The notes under the pieces were generated by a model. That model had not been told where the DNA came from. It ran no database searches and saw nothing but the letters and a program-made list of their open reading frames with translations. 64,000 nt of DNA from the human T2T-CHM13v2.0 reference genome, Homo sapiens: assembly GCF_009914755.1 (NCBI RefSeq), contig NC_060930.1. One strand, written 5' to 3'. Shown piece by piece: positions 26,401-38,909 of this stretch. How positions within the stretch are numbered: the first letter of the stretch is position 1; each line of letters opens with the position of its first letter. The position numbers were made by a program, and so were the translations under genes.

Positions 26401-29400
26401 TTCTATAGGATATGTGTTTTTTTTTTTCATCTTCATCAAGGGCACCTTCATTAAAAGCCTTGGCCAAAGTGCCGAGTTCCACACAGCTCTGCCCTGGCCT
26501 CCCCATGAGCACCTGCCCACCCTGCCAGTCCCTGTTCTCACCAAGCTCCCACCTAAGGTAGACCAGCTTCACCTTACCCAGGCCCCACCAGGTCACAGGT
26601 GTTGATACATGGAAGCTTTCCACCTGCCACCTTTCCAACTTGCTCTGTGCTCAAAGGTGTTCTGGCCTTCTTGGTCTCTACTTGCTGGGGCCTCATAGAA
26701 CAAAATGAGGATCTTCTCCACTTGCATTGAGTCTTGAGTTTTCTAGCTACACCTCCCTGTGACTCATTGTGGTCACAGAATGAAGAAGGCTGACGTTTTT
26801 CTGGCTACGGCATCTGCTCAAATATAGTTGAGTGGTATTCTCTATACCCACGAGAGCACATGAACAGCCACAGCCACATCCAAGGATGTCCCTTGCTAAT
26901 TAATCAAGAGGTGGTTGAGTGTGTGTGTGTGTGTATGTGTATGGGGTAGTGTTCTATGGCCCCATGAGAAAGGCCATCTCTCTTATGAGCTCTTATCAGT
27001 AAATGCATCAGTGTTCTAAGGCTAAACAGCACTTCCCAACATTTTCAAGTCCTGGCACACAGGAAATGATATTTGTCAGGTGCCCCTGGGCCCAGGGCCA
27101 AGGCTATTCATGGCCTGTGCTGGATATCTTCCACTGTCCCTCCAGATCCTCTCTCCACCCTCTCCCCGCCAGCTCTGCATTCTGGGAGGCTGATCCATAT
27201 GGACCGCATCTGTGCAATATAGATGGACTGCCTCCGCCATCCTTTGTGCCCTTCTACCCTTGGCTGTGTTGCCTGCCCTCTGGTAGAGACAGCAATGGCA
27301 ACAGCAAGCAAAGAAGGCCCAGACGCTTCCAGATGCATACCCTGGAGCTCAGAGGCACAGAGCCCATTGTTTCAAACAGTTGTGTCCTTGTAAATTATGT
27401 TAAACAAACCACAGTTTGAAAAAAGTTTGTGGAGGATTAACAAACGTCTAATGAATTCAAATCTGTGACATAATAGAGCTGGGTAAATATATTTTAAGTA
27501 ATCAGCATGGAAGATTACTGACAGAGAAGTGACTATTGAATCTTAATTAAAATTGTATTCTGAGAACTGTCACTTAATATGTTGTTCTAACAGCCAAACA
27601 AAAGGCGGCTTAAATCCCAAGTTGGGAGGGAGACAAGGGGACTGGATGAATATGTGTAATTAGTGTATATCTAGGTTGCAAGGGCTCTCTCTTTTGGGCA
27701 AGAATTTGGACAAATGCTGTAAAGAGGAACGCCAGGCCTAGTTCCCTCTAAGTATCTTAGGGTGGTGTAGGTGGTGGAGAGGAACCAGGATATCCTCCAT
27801 CTGGGCTCACAACAGAATATTCAGAAGCTCATAGCCACATGGCAATTAGGGAAAAGGGCTAGGACAAGGAACAAAGAGATAAATGAAAGTGGGCAGGAGG
27901 GGCAGTGGGATTATTTGTGGGCAAAGCTGAGAGAGGTGTGTGGGGATCAGAAGCGAGGCTGAAATGGATGCTGGTATCAAATGTCAGAATCAGCCTTCAT
28001 AGGAGGAATCCATCTGCAAAGGAGCGAGAGCTTGTCTGCCCAGAATGTCTATGAGTCTGCACTGGGGTAAGGCAGGGTGGCAAAGAGAGGTAGATACAGG
28101 GGAGCAGGGAGAAGTAAAACACTCCCCAAACCGAACCTACACCATTCCAGAGAAGCAGTCCAGTCTTGGGCATTTACCCAGGATAGAAACAGTATCTCCT
28201 CCCTTCCTTGACTGGGTTTCTTCATGTAGTCTTCACAACCCCACAAGGTGAGTGCCACCATAATTGCACAAGGTACCCTTGTGCAGGCAGAAAGAGGTGT
28301 TCCTGCTGGCCACTGGTAGGGTTCCCTTATCTGAGCAACCTCGTGCAGTGAGCAACTTGCCCCACCCTACCTTGTGGCCCTGAATATTGTCATCCCCATT
28401 TTAGCTACTAGGAAGTGAGGTTAAAAGAGGTTTGAGCCTGCCTAAACTACCCTAGCTACCCTGGACAGAACCACAATTTAAATGGAGATCGTCTGGCTCC
28501 AGGCCATGCTCAGAGTAAAGGAGGCCCCTCTGGAGGCTTCCATGTGCCTGGCGTACAGAGAGACTGGCTGTCTTCACTATGGGTTTGCTTAGTAACTGGT
28601 GGTGAACCAGCTGTTTGGCTACATGTGGGCACTTGTGTTTCCTGCTTGGGGTTGGGCCTGGAAGGGACGCTGGCATTCTCGGAAGTAGAGAGGCCTAACT
28701 GGCCCAGAAAGACCCACCTGTCAGGCCCTGATAATAGTGAGTCTCTCACACACATACACGTGTTCAGAAATACATACTGGCAATAATAAATATAAAGTTG
28801 TGGAACTAGGCCCTTGGTTTGTAATAAAAGCCTCCAGATGTGATTTTTACATTTAAAACAAAAGGGAAAAACAAAGATGAGGACAGAGAGTGGAAAAATA
28901 ATGAACATGGTGGCAGAAAAGGAAAGTTCTTGTTCCTTGGCTTGACCACAGGCTTTCCCCCCAGCCAGGGGCTTCCTCCCCTCACTCCCCTCCCTGGGCT
29001 CTGCCTCCCAATCAGAACCACCTCGAGCTGTTCCAGACAGAAGAGGCAACAGTTAGCAGATGGCTGGCACGATATATGTGATATCTCTGTACCCTGATTT
29101 CCATTTAAAAGATACCTTAGCAACCAGCCGAGGAGCCGCCCGCCCCTAGAGCCTGTAAATCAAGTAAGATGCCTGTCTCCGCTTCAGGTAAAAAGAAATG
29201 GCCCCTCCAGGGTGCTCCAGGCCTGGAAAGTGTGAATTAATAAGAGTGGGAGGGGTTGGGATCTGCCAGGGAGAGGCAGCTGCCTGCACCTTCTTTCCAG
29301 ACTTCCCCTCCCAGAGCCCCACTGCTCCCCATAAATCACACCACTCAAGGTGAGCCCTGGAGGGACCAGCTCTGGAGAAAGGGTGGGGAAAGGAAACTTG

Positions 29401-30259
29401 AGTTCCACTTGTATGGGGGCATACAAGCCCAGAAACATGCTGCTTTTCTGATTTGGGAGTTGCTGGGGGTGAATGCTGCCAGCACCATGTGCCAGCTCCA
29501 GTGTGAAGCCCCTATCCCAGCCTTGCTGTCTCCAGCACATCCGCCTCCCTGCAGGGTGCCCATACACTCTCAGGAAGTGACATTCTGAGGTTTCATCTAA
29601 GAGGTAGCATCAGTGAGTTGATTTCCAAAACCTCCTTTCCAAAGCCACCATGTATAGAGATTCTTCTAGAATCTTGAGAAGAGGCAGCAGAAGCAGGCTC
29701 AATGAGTGTGTGTTGGGGTAGGAGAGGGCCCCTGATCCAGAGAGATCCCACTCTGACAGGGGAGGCATAGCCTTTGACTTCAGGGACCTCTTAGTTCGAC
29801 TTTGGAGTCACAGTTTCTAATTTGAAGGTAGGGGGAAAAGAGAGAAAGAGAGACAGAGAATCCCCTGAGTGAGCCTCCTGCTCTCAGAAGGTTCTAGCTT
29901 AGTGGCTGCAGAAAGACACCCACACAAGATGGGCAAGAACATTCCCTGTTCTTTCCCCAAACAAAACCTTGGGGACATGAGCCACATCCTGAATCTCCAA
30001 ACTTCTTCATAAACCCGATAAAAACAGCAGTCTTTGGTAACACAGACAACAGGAAAAAAAAAAGGCAAAATAATGTCTAAAACATCAAAAGGGCAGAATG
30101 AGCCCATTAGGCTCTTTTTAAACTTCTATTGTGCAAGATAAGCAATTGTTATCATAAGTAAGTCATTAAGCTCAGAACCACTTCCTCTCTGTTCGCAATG
30201 ACAGCATTATGCCTCCGTATTAGCACGTCCGTGATAGCTTTTATTGTGTTGCAACACAA

Positions 30260-30442
30260 TTATGTGTTTGCCTGCCTTCTACCCTTGTGCACCTGGGAAC
30301 CCCTTCTTGGCAGGGATTGTATATTGCTCAGCTCTGAGTCGATGGTAGCAAATCCAGTACCTGGCACTGAGTAGGCACCTGGGATATGTTTGAGGAGAGA
30401 ATGAACGAATGAATGAATAAATGAATGAATGAATGAATGGAT
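30260..30442 (+). mobile_element. L2 3' end with (GAAT)n tail
   Basis: cagggattgt...cagtacctggcactgagtaggcac...gaatgaatgaat. Confidence 0.7.
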
Positions 30443-30469
30443 GCTCCAGCATGAACAGACACAGTAGCC

Positions 30470-30876
30470 CTTGGCCCCTCTGACACCCTGTGGCCTCTGA
30501 CTCAATGCAAGTGCATGCTTGCACCTCTGGGGCAGGCTGGGTATGCTAAGGAATTATTGCCTCCAGAGAACAGTCCCCAACCAATGCTAGTGAGGGAGAC
30601 AGAGGATAAATACCTCAACATCCTCACCTCCTGGGTGGGATAACTCCAAGGTACATTTTACATAGTCTTCTACAGGCCCCTAGGAGGGCTGAGCCTCAGT
30701 TGCCCTGCCCAGTCACCTGCTCCTTAATGCAATGTATGTGGGCCTCCTTCCTTTGCCCATCTCATTTCCCCACTTCTCTTCCCTCATTTCCTGCAATCAT
30801 TACCCAAATAAACTACTTACACTCAAATCCTTATTTCAAATCACTGTTCCATTTCTGGGGAATCCAGCTCAGAGCA
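30470..30876 (+). mobile_element. LTR16-family LTR
   Basis: ggataaatacctca...gggtgggataactc...cccaaataaactacttacactcaaatcctt. Confidence 0.75.
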
Positions 30877-32380
30877 AACTTCTTAATTATAACTGTCATT
30901 ATATAAGGGACCAACTAACTGAGACTGGGCCGCTGTAGAAACGTGAGATGCAGGGAAATAAAAAATGATCTAAAAATCATGCATGTTCTTGTCAATAACT
31001 AACAACACCAGCAACTTTCAGAGGAAGGAGACCTCAGTTCACGTGCCAATGACTGGTAGTAATAGTTTAATGGAAAACATCTTCTACCCAGGGTATTCAC
31101 GACCTGGGCTGTGCGGCACTCGCCGTCTGTTGTCTTGAGACACGTGTGAGCCAATGTGTGAATGAGTGTCTGCGCATGAATGGAGGGAGGCCCATGCATG
31201 GATGGGGTGAGGGGTGTGAACGCGGAGGCTAGAATGTGAATGGAGAGGTGTGTGTGTGAGGAAGATCTGTGCAACAGTGGGCGTGTGTGACAGCGCTCCT
31301 GAGGGCGTGTGAGTGAGGGGGCCTCACATGAATGGAGGTGAGTGAACGGGTGTGTCTCTTGATGGAGGGCTGTGTGGGTAAAGGAGGGCTGGATTTCACC
31401 AGTGGGGGCCTGGATGTGAGTGAGTCTGCCTGAGGAAGAGAGAGGGAGCACAGCTTGTTTGTTCAGCTTTGATGGAAACAAATGCTATTTTCCTGCTGTG
31501 TTGTCAGCTTCGAATGCATTAATCTTCATGGTTGCCTGTGATCTGTCCCTGCTTTGGGGACACAGACAACCCACAGGCTGGCAGCTCTCAGCGTCATTTT
31601 AGACCTTGGGCTGCTCCTCCTCTCCCTGCCTATCAGCCTCCACTCCAGCCTACAGGTGTGAGTACGTGGGGGCCCTCGTGTCACACAATGAGATTTTTGC
31701 TTTGAATCAGTCATGACTTTGAAGATTCTTTGTCCAAACTGCCCCTGACCCCCAACACTGCCCATGTTTCAAGCATCTTTAATTCTCAAGCAAGGCTCCA
31801 ACCCTAGGAACCTGGAGGGAGACCAGAGTTCCTGGATGGAACCTTCTCACCCAGAGGGTGAAGGTGGAGAATGCCCAGGGATGCATTTCCAGTCACCAGG
31901 GCCTTGCCGGGCCTTTCTCCCTCACCCAAGGACTTCCCCAGCAGATCCAAGTGCCAGGCCCTAGGCCTTGCTATCTCAACCCCTTACTCCCTCCTGCTCT
32001 GAATCACAGAGCACCCCAGTTCACTAACACACCAGCACCCTCTACCCTCCAAAGGCCTCACCCTTTCCCTAGTACCCATCCAGGAGCAACTTCAGTGCAG
32101 GGTCTTCTCTAGGAAGGGGCTAATGAAGGGAGCAGTGGGGTGAATAACGCAAAGTGGCAGATAATCCTAAACTCATTTCCATTTGGCTGGAGAATGTTCA
32201 CTCTATGATTTACTCTCCTCATTATGGTTGGCCCAGGCAAAAATTAAAATAGGCTTTTCTTTTTCAACCTACACAGGATAGAGGGTAGGCAAAGGCTAGG
32301 AGGCTAGGTAGCATTAAAGGTCACTGTGGCTAGACTCCATAATTATGGGCTGACACAAGACTTGACAGTTACTGCAGGTA

Positions 32381-32612
32381 GGGGTTGTATTTCCTTCAGC
32401 CAACTGGGGCTCCCTGAGGACAGGGCTGAGTCTCCCCTCAGACTGGGACCCTCTGAGGGTGGAGCTGGGGCTCCCTGAGGACGGGGCCGCGTCTCCCCTC
32501 AGACTGGGGCTCTCTGAGGACAGGGCTGGGTCTCCTCTCAGACTAGGGCTCCCTGAGGATGGGACTCTGTTTCCCCTCAGACTGGGGCTCCATCAGACAG
32601 AGCTGTATCTTC
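32381..32612 (+). repeat. Minisatellite array A, ~6 units of 39 bp (CAGACTGGGGCTCCCTGAGGACAGGGCTGTGTCTCCCCT)
   Basis: CAGACT cores at 32439, 32500, 32539 and 32578, plus degenerate or partly deleted units at ~32397 and ~32465. Confidence 0.9.
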
Positions 32613-33589
32613 TTTCTGTATACCAAGGATAAGCCCAAATTTCTGCCTCCTGGGTCTGAGGCTGACATGAGCAATGTCCTCATGTTTCCTCACAGCCACC
32701 TCTCCTCACTGCATGGGGCCCTGCTGAGGGCCTGGTCTCCCTGAACACCCCTCCTGGTTGTGCGGAGCTGGGCCTCAGCAGGGGCTGGCCACGCTGCGTC
32801 TCTTGAGCATCATGTCCTCAGGCTGCTCTGAGGAGAGTCTCATTACACAGGCCTGCAGTTATCACCCTGCCCTGTTATTATGTGTGTGGTGTAACATCAC
32901 CCATAGCATATTTAATCTTAGGATTCTAATAACCCCTCTTATTAAAACAAAAATAATTTAGAAAATCAAATTTCCTTCCTGAAGGGCGTTTGTGTTTCAT
33001 TTGCCTGTTTGTGGGTGGCCAGGCTGGGCTGCTGCAGTGGAGAACAGGTTATAGACAAAGGGATCCCACGTGGTACCGGCAAGGTTTGGTCTATCCTTGG
33101 CTTTGGGACAGAATCCTCACCTGTTGGCCAACCTGGACTTATAGGAAACCAAGATACACAGAAACAAGAGGACTTTTCAGCTGTGACTACCTTTACTGTT
33201 TTTGAGCCCCCACAGATTATTTCAGTAAACATAATTCATAGAAAACAGCCGCAATAGGGAAAAGGCCCATCTGGGGGATTCCCACAATAGGCTGCCCTAA
33301 CTCACATGCATTAGCCAGCTCTGAAGTATTTACCAAGCAGCCACAAAAGGGTCAGGATGAGATACGGATCAGGACTTCCACGGCCTTTGAGGGCAAAGAG
33401 TGGCTAGGCCTATATGCCATCTTATCCCCATGCACATACTACAAATGCTTCCCCCAAGACCAGGTGTAATCCAGGCCCTGGATCCTTCCTCCCACTTTGC
33501 AAAAGGCAAATGGAGCAGAGTCTCCCCGCCTGCACCTTTCTTTATTGCTGTCCTCTGTCCCTGCAGTTCTGGGGAGAAGGGGTGGAGAC

Positions 33590-34101
33590 ACATTATCAGT
33601 CAGGGGCTTGAGAGGAAACAGATGAGAGAATCCAAGCAGCAGCTGAAGGATGTTTGATGAAGGGACCATTTAGAGAGATGTGGGCAGGGTGGGGGAACAA
33701 AGAAGAGGTGGCATAGCACCCAGTGGGTGGCAACAGAGGGGAGCTACTCAGCCTTCCACCCCTAGCCTAAAGGGACAAAGGTAGAGGGCAGTTTCTAGAA
33801 CCCAGTCAGGGCATAGCCATGGGAGAAGAGTTGTCCAACAGGAGGATGTAGCCCTAAGTACACAGATACAACCCACTGACAACCTAGGGCTGGGAGGGAG
33901 CTGGCCAAGGGAATTAGCCTGTCTCTTTCACCACCCTCTCACCACTTGCTGATGCCCCCCAATGGCCAAACCTAACTAGAGGCCAAGGGGTAAGGAAACT
34001 TGCATGTAGTTGCCCGCACAGGTCAGCCTACCCGGGCACAGAGCAGGGCAGTTAAAGGTGGAGAGTTTATTTGGAGGAGCAAATAAATGAAAAATAGCAC
34101 A
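33590..34101 (-). mobile_element. LTR33-like (ERVL) solo LTR
   Basis: tatcagtcagggg...aggaaacagatg at the 3' end; ggtcagcctacccgggcacagagcagggc...ggtggagagt...tggaggagcaaa at the 5' end. Confidence 0.75.
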
Positions 34102-35689
34102 GACAGGTAGTCCTTCTCTCTTTTCAGCTTTCTCAATGAGTTATTGGATAATTAAGGCACTTGGAAGTATAGGAAAACGAAGAAGGGAAAGAAGGGGGAA
34201 AAGGAGAAAGAAGAAAGAGACAGAGACAGACGAGAGAAATTAATCCATTGGAAACAACAAACCCACAGTCTCAAGAGCAGTAAATATGAATTCAATTTGG
34301 TTTTGCCATTTATAGAACCCAGCCTTCTAAAGAGCTGACAGGCTGATCAGATAAAAGCCGCTGTTGCCACCAGGACAGCACATTTAAATTTTTATTGCAA
34401 ACACCAGGCTCCATTACCCTGGGATTTGCTCTCTGCATTCCTAATATTGTCTTTCTTCGGGTGGGAATGGGAGTATCCTGACTCTCACTTACAACCGGAT
34501 ACAGCAGGAAGAGCATGCATAGGAGTTCTATAAGCTGGGTCCCTGCACTGACCCTGCCTTGAACCTCAACAAGCCACTTCTCTTTGTGCCTCAGACTCCT
34601 CATCTGGGCAATTAAGCTGGGTGGGGGTCATCAATTCAAGTTGATTTCCAGCCCTGGTTTGATTAAATGTGGGCAAGGAGCAGTGAAGACTCAGAAAACC
34701 CTAGCAGTTCTGTCCACCCCGCACAGTCTCCCTCTCAGTCCTCAAGTCCAAATAGGGCTTCTTTTTTCCTGCTTTGCAATTTTTTGCTTCTCCATTTCCT
34801 CCTGCCTCTGTCTTCTTCATGATTTTTTTTTTTTATTACCTCCAGTCTCCTCCCTGTTGACTTTGTTTGCTGTCAAGAGCTGGAACATTGCAGTCAAGCC
34901 CTCCCTCCTTCCTGTACCCCCTCCACCTCACCCCCCCAGGGACCTGCTTTACTCAGCAGCAATGATTCAACCATTCAGTTAGGCTTCTGTCAAGCACCAG
35001 CCCCACGTGGGCATGCAGACATGGGGTGGTGAAAGAGCTGGATGGGACATCTTCCCTCTTCTCAGGAGGAGCTTACAAACATATACCTGGATAGGTGCAA
35101 TCCAAGGGAAGAGGGAAGTATCTACAGGGTGTCTGGTGTTTTACACGTTATTTCATTTAAGCCATTCAATAATGCAGTACCATCTGCCGATTTTATAAGT
35201 GGAGAAATTGAAGCTGAGGAAGCTTCCACACCTTGTTCAATAACTTATGACAAAAGGCAGAGTTGGAATCGCAGTCCAGGTATGTCCTACCCCCTCCCAG
35301 ATGACATCATTCTCAAGGCGGAGAGAAAAGGAAGTGGTAAAGAGTTATGGGAATTCTATGGAAGACTCCCCCACCAACTAGGGCAAGGGAACTTTTCTTG
35401 GAGGAGGTGGTGCTGATTGTGGCCTTGAATGATAGGTGGTAGGATTTCAGCAGCTTGGGCCAGTTGTCTTAATGAGGACATTCTAGAAGGAAGAACAAAG
35501 ATTCAAGGTATTGTGATTGGAGAGAGGTGGATCTACCAAAGGTGGACAATTACAGAAACCTTTTAAAGGAAGCATCCTCAAGAGGCCCCGGCTTGAGAAG
35601 TGCTGGCTTAAGAAATTGACTTACTGGCAAGGTGGCTAGTGGTAGGCACATGGCCTCTGGGGTCCAGCCACTTTGTAGGACTAAGGAAT

Positions 35690-35860
35690 CCCCTCAGCTT
35701 CAATCCTGGCCTGCCTCTTTCTGGCCCTGTGGTCTTGGGCAAGTTGCTTGACCTCTCAATACCTCAGTTTCCTCACCTGTAAAATCGAATAATCTTATAA
35801 AGTTGTGAGGATTAATTGAGTCAATCCTGTAAAACACTTAACCAGGGCCAGGCACAAAAT
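35690..35860 (+). mobile_element. MIR SINE
   Basis: cttgggcaagttgcttgacctctc...cctcagtttcctcacctgtaaaat...gttgtgaggattaa. Confidence 0.8.
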
Positions 35861-36740
35861 AAAATCTCAAAACAGTGTTTCCCATTACAGTTCTTATTAA
35901 GTGCACTCTCTTTAAGTTGTGACTGGCTGTTCTCAAGGAGAAGCTTTGGTAAAGAATGAATTTTAGATTGCCACCAAAATAAAAAGCTGAAATGTAAAAC
36001 ATGTTCATAGAACTCAGCACCTCCTGGGGACCTCACCATTAGTTTAGGAAATTCTGCTGTTGTCGGTTAGATGGGCAGGAATAGAGCCATGACTAGGGAG
36101 CAATAATCAAATCTTCCTCCAGCCTGGCCACTCCTGAATCCAAGGCTGGGGTGTAGTCTGGGTGTAGGAGGCCTCCTTGCCCAGGAGAAAGGCAACCAGC
36201 AGTGGAGAGATTTTTTAATTTTTAATTTTAATGAAGGAAGAAGCATTCCAAGGCAAAAGTGGCTAGGGCCCACGAAGGCCATAATGCAGCCCTGCTCACC
36301 TGTTATGGGGGCTACAGAGGAGAAAGGATCTCCCCCTTCCCTGCTGCCCCTACATTCCTCGTGTCTGATCATTACAGGCTTTTTAGTAATTCTCTCCCCA
36401 GCAGCTTCCTCACTGCCAATGGCCTTGCTGATACAGCTGCTGTGTGCTGTGTTCATCAGGCTTCTGTCACTAGGGCTAAGTGTATTTATTGTGCTACATC
36501 ATTAGCGGCGATATGTATACATTGAACACCTGCTGTGCTGAGCTCCATACAGAATCTGAGTAAATAATTTTCTTTCTGTCCTCTGGGAGGCTGCAATCTA
36601 TTAAAGGCAAGACAGTCTGCACAGAGGAAGACACACAATTATCTTCTTCCAGTAGGAGACAGAGAGGTGCAGGCAGGGAATAAATGATAAAAGCAAAATC
36701 TGCCTTGTTTCTCCTTCAAACTAGACCTCCCAGAGAAGTG

Positions 36741-37040
36741 GGAGCTGTGTCCCCCCTCAGACTGGGGCTCCCTGATGATGGGGCTGTGTCTCCCTCAGAC
36801 TGGGGCTTCCTGAGGATGGAGCTGTGTCTCCCTCAGACTGGGGTTCCCTGAGGACGAGGCTGCATCTCCCCTCAGACTGGAGCTCCCTGGGATTGGGGCT
36901 GCATCTCCCCTCAGACTGGGGCTCCCTGAGGATGGGGCTGTGCCTCCCTCAGACTGGGCTCCCTGAGTCAGGGCTGTGTCTCCCCCAGACTGGGGTCCCT
37001 GAGTCAGGGCTGTGTCTCCGCTCAGACTGGGGCTTCCTTA
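36741..37040 (+). repeat. Minisatellite array B, 8 units of 36-39 bp, same consensus as array A
   Basis: CAGACT cores at 36758, 36796, 36834, 36873, 36912, 36950, 36986 and 37023. Confidence 0.95.
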
Positions 37041-38909
37041 TAACAAGGCCACACATTCCCTCATTATCCTATTAGTTTTCCAAGAAAAGTATTTCTACTT
37101 TTTCTATCAAAGCAAAAGACCCTACCAACCTTCTCATTAACCTCAAGCAAAGCATGTCCCCACCATATGCCTCAGTTTTCTTGTGTAAATGAGGACATTA
37201 ATTACCTTTAAAGTTGTGGTAATGTTACGACATTAACCTCAAACTCAGAATTCTGCCTCACTCTCAGGCTCTCTTCTTTCCCCAAATTTGCCTACCTTTA
37301 ACATCACTAGAGGCAGAGCTGTCACCATCCCATGATGTCTTCTTCCACCTGAACTAAATGGGGACCTGAGTTTAGAATCTTTAACAAGTTTGTTCCCAAA
37401 CCTTTATTTTTCTGTGAACTTCTCAGAAGGTGAAAGACTTGACTTTGCTCAAATAATTCTCACTCTTCATTACTTCAAACGTAGATGATATCATCATCAT
37501 CATCATCATGAAATGGTGAACACTTGAGTGCTGATTCTATGGTAAGCATTTTCTGCCTTAACACATTTCATCTTCCCACCCACCCTATGAAGTGGGTGTG
37601 GTAGTTATTTCTATTTACAGATAAGGTGAGGCCCATCAAGGTGTTTAGATGATGTACTCTGGGTGGCCTACCTAGTAGGTGGTCCACCTAGTAGGTGGCC
37701 CCTCATCCATCTGGGCTCTCAAAGAGCTCTGTAGATATTGCCAGAGTCTAGGGACCCTAGGACTGACCCCTGTTCTCCTCCATTAGAATCAACCAACAAA
37801 ATGTACACAAGGCTCTATCCAAACAGTAATCACTTTATAATCAAGCACTGATATTAACTGATAATTAACCAAGAAAGAATCGGGAGCATGCCCTGGAGTT
37901 TCAGGGAGGGAGGCCCAGCCTTTAGGTGTCAAAAGCCACGAGTGCTCCTAGTGTTAGGGCAATAGCCTGTGAGAGACCGGGAGCGTGGGTCCTCCTGAGC
38001 AGTGTCCTTCACACCCGTGAATCCTTCCTCCACTCACACCCATCACTTGGCCTTGGGATTTGAGGGCTTGCTGAGTTGGGGAAGCAGCTCATACCTTCCC
38101 ACTATGAAGATGAGAAGCAGAGCCAAGTGCTTGGCTGAGGTAGTGAGTTTTGTGCTTCTCCTGCAACCCCCTGGGTTTGGTGCACCCATCAAGCACGTGC
38201 TCCCCTCCAGACCCCACCTCTGGCAGCCTCAGATAGGGTGAAAAAATAATTATTTTGAGAATCAGGAGATCAGGGCGAGCCTGAGGCCAAAAGAGACTCA
38301 CTTCTGCCAAAGTAATAATGATACCCCATGAATATATACAAATTGTAAATTTACAATAAAAGATAAAAATGAAAAAAATGAAATCTTTGCATCCTCCGTC
38401 AGCCCTAATCTTTTGGATTCTTATCTTGCTGCAATACTCAAAAAGATCAAATACATAGATGGTTAAAATATTAATGGCTGATTATCTTAAATGAGAATTC
38501 TACACTGCCTTTACCAAAGGACCGAATCGCTAATGAATTTTTAGGCACTATCTCCTGACTTGTGGTGTTGGTGTCTGGAGAGATTACAAGGCTGGGAGAT
38601 CCTAATCGTTTCTCTTAATTCACACCATATACATGTTTCCTGTCCTTTGGCAGAAGGCAGAACCAAGGAAGCTGAACACTTCCGGCTTCAATTCCCTTGC
38701 AGAGCTGGAGATTGAATGGAGGAGGCTGGCTGGAGGCTCTGTGGGCTGGGAAAGGGGTCCTGGTCCTGTTTTGCCAAAGGAAGGAAGCAAGCACAGTTTC
38801 CTTCTTTAGTTGGGAGGGGTAACAGGGAAGTCAGGCTAGGGGCTCAGAAGTATAACCAAAGCAACCAACTCTTCCTTGACACGCAGCATTGTGCTCTTCC
38901 TCTGTGGGG

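Noticed and set aside
30243-30260. Perfect 18-bp palindrome ATTGTGTTGCAACACAAT
   Set aside because: A 9-bp half-site palindrome is expected about 0.2 times per 64 kb by chance, and it sits at an L2 edge.
34360-34382. REST/RE1-like gccaccaggacagcac, and a weak match near 40010-40034
   Set aside because: Half-site or spacing departs from TCAGCACCnnGGACAG. Not convincing.
36741-37040. CRISPR-like appearance of the regularly spaced ~38-bp repeats
   Set aside because: Head-to-tail units without unique spacers, no cas genes, eukaryotic context. This is a minisatellite, and the repetitive 83-aa ORF over it is an artefact.
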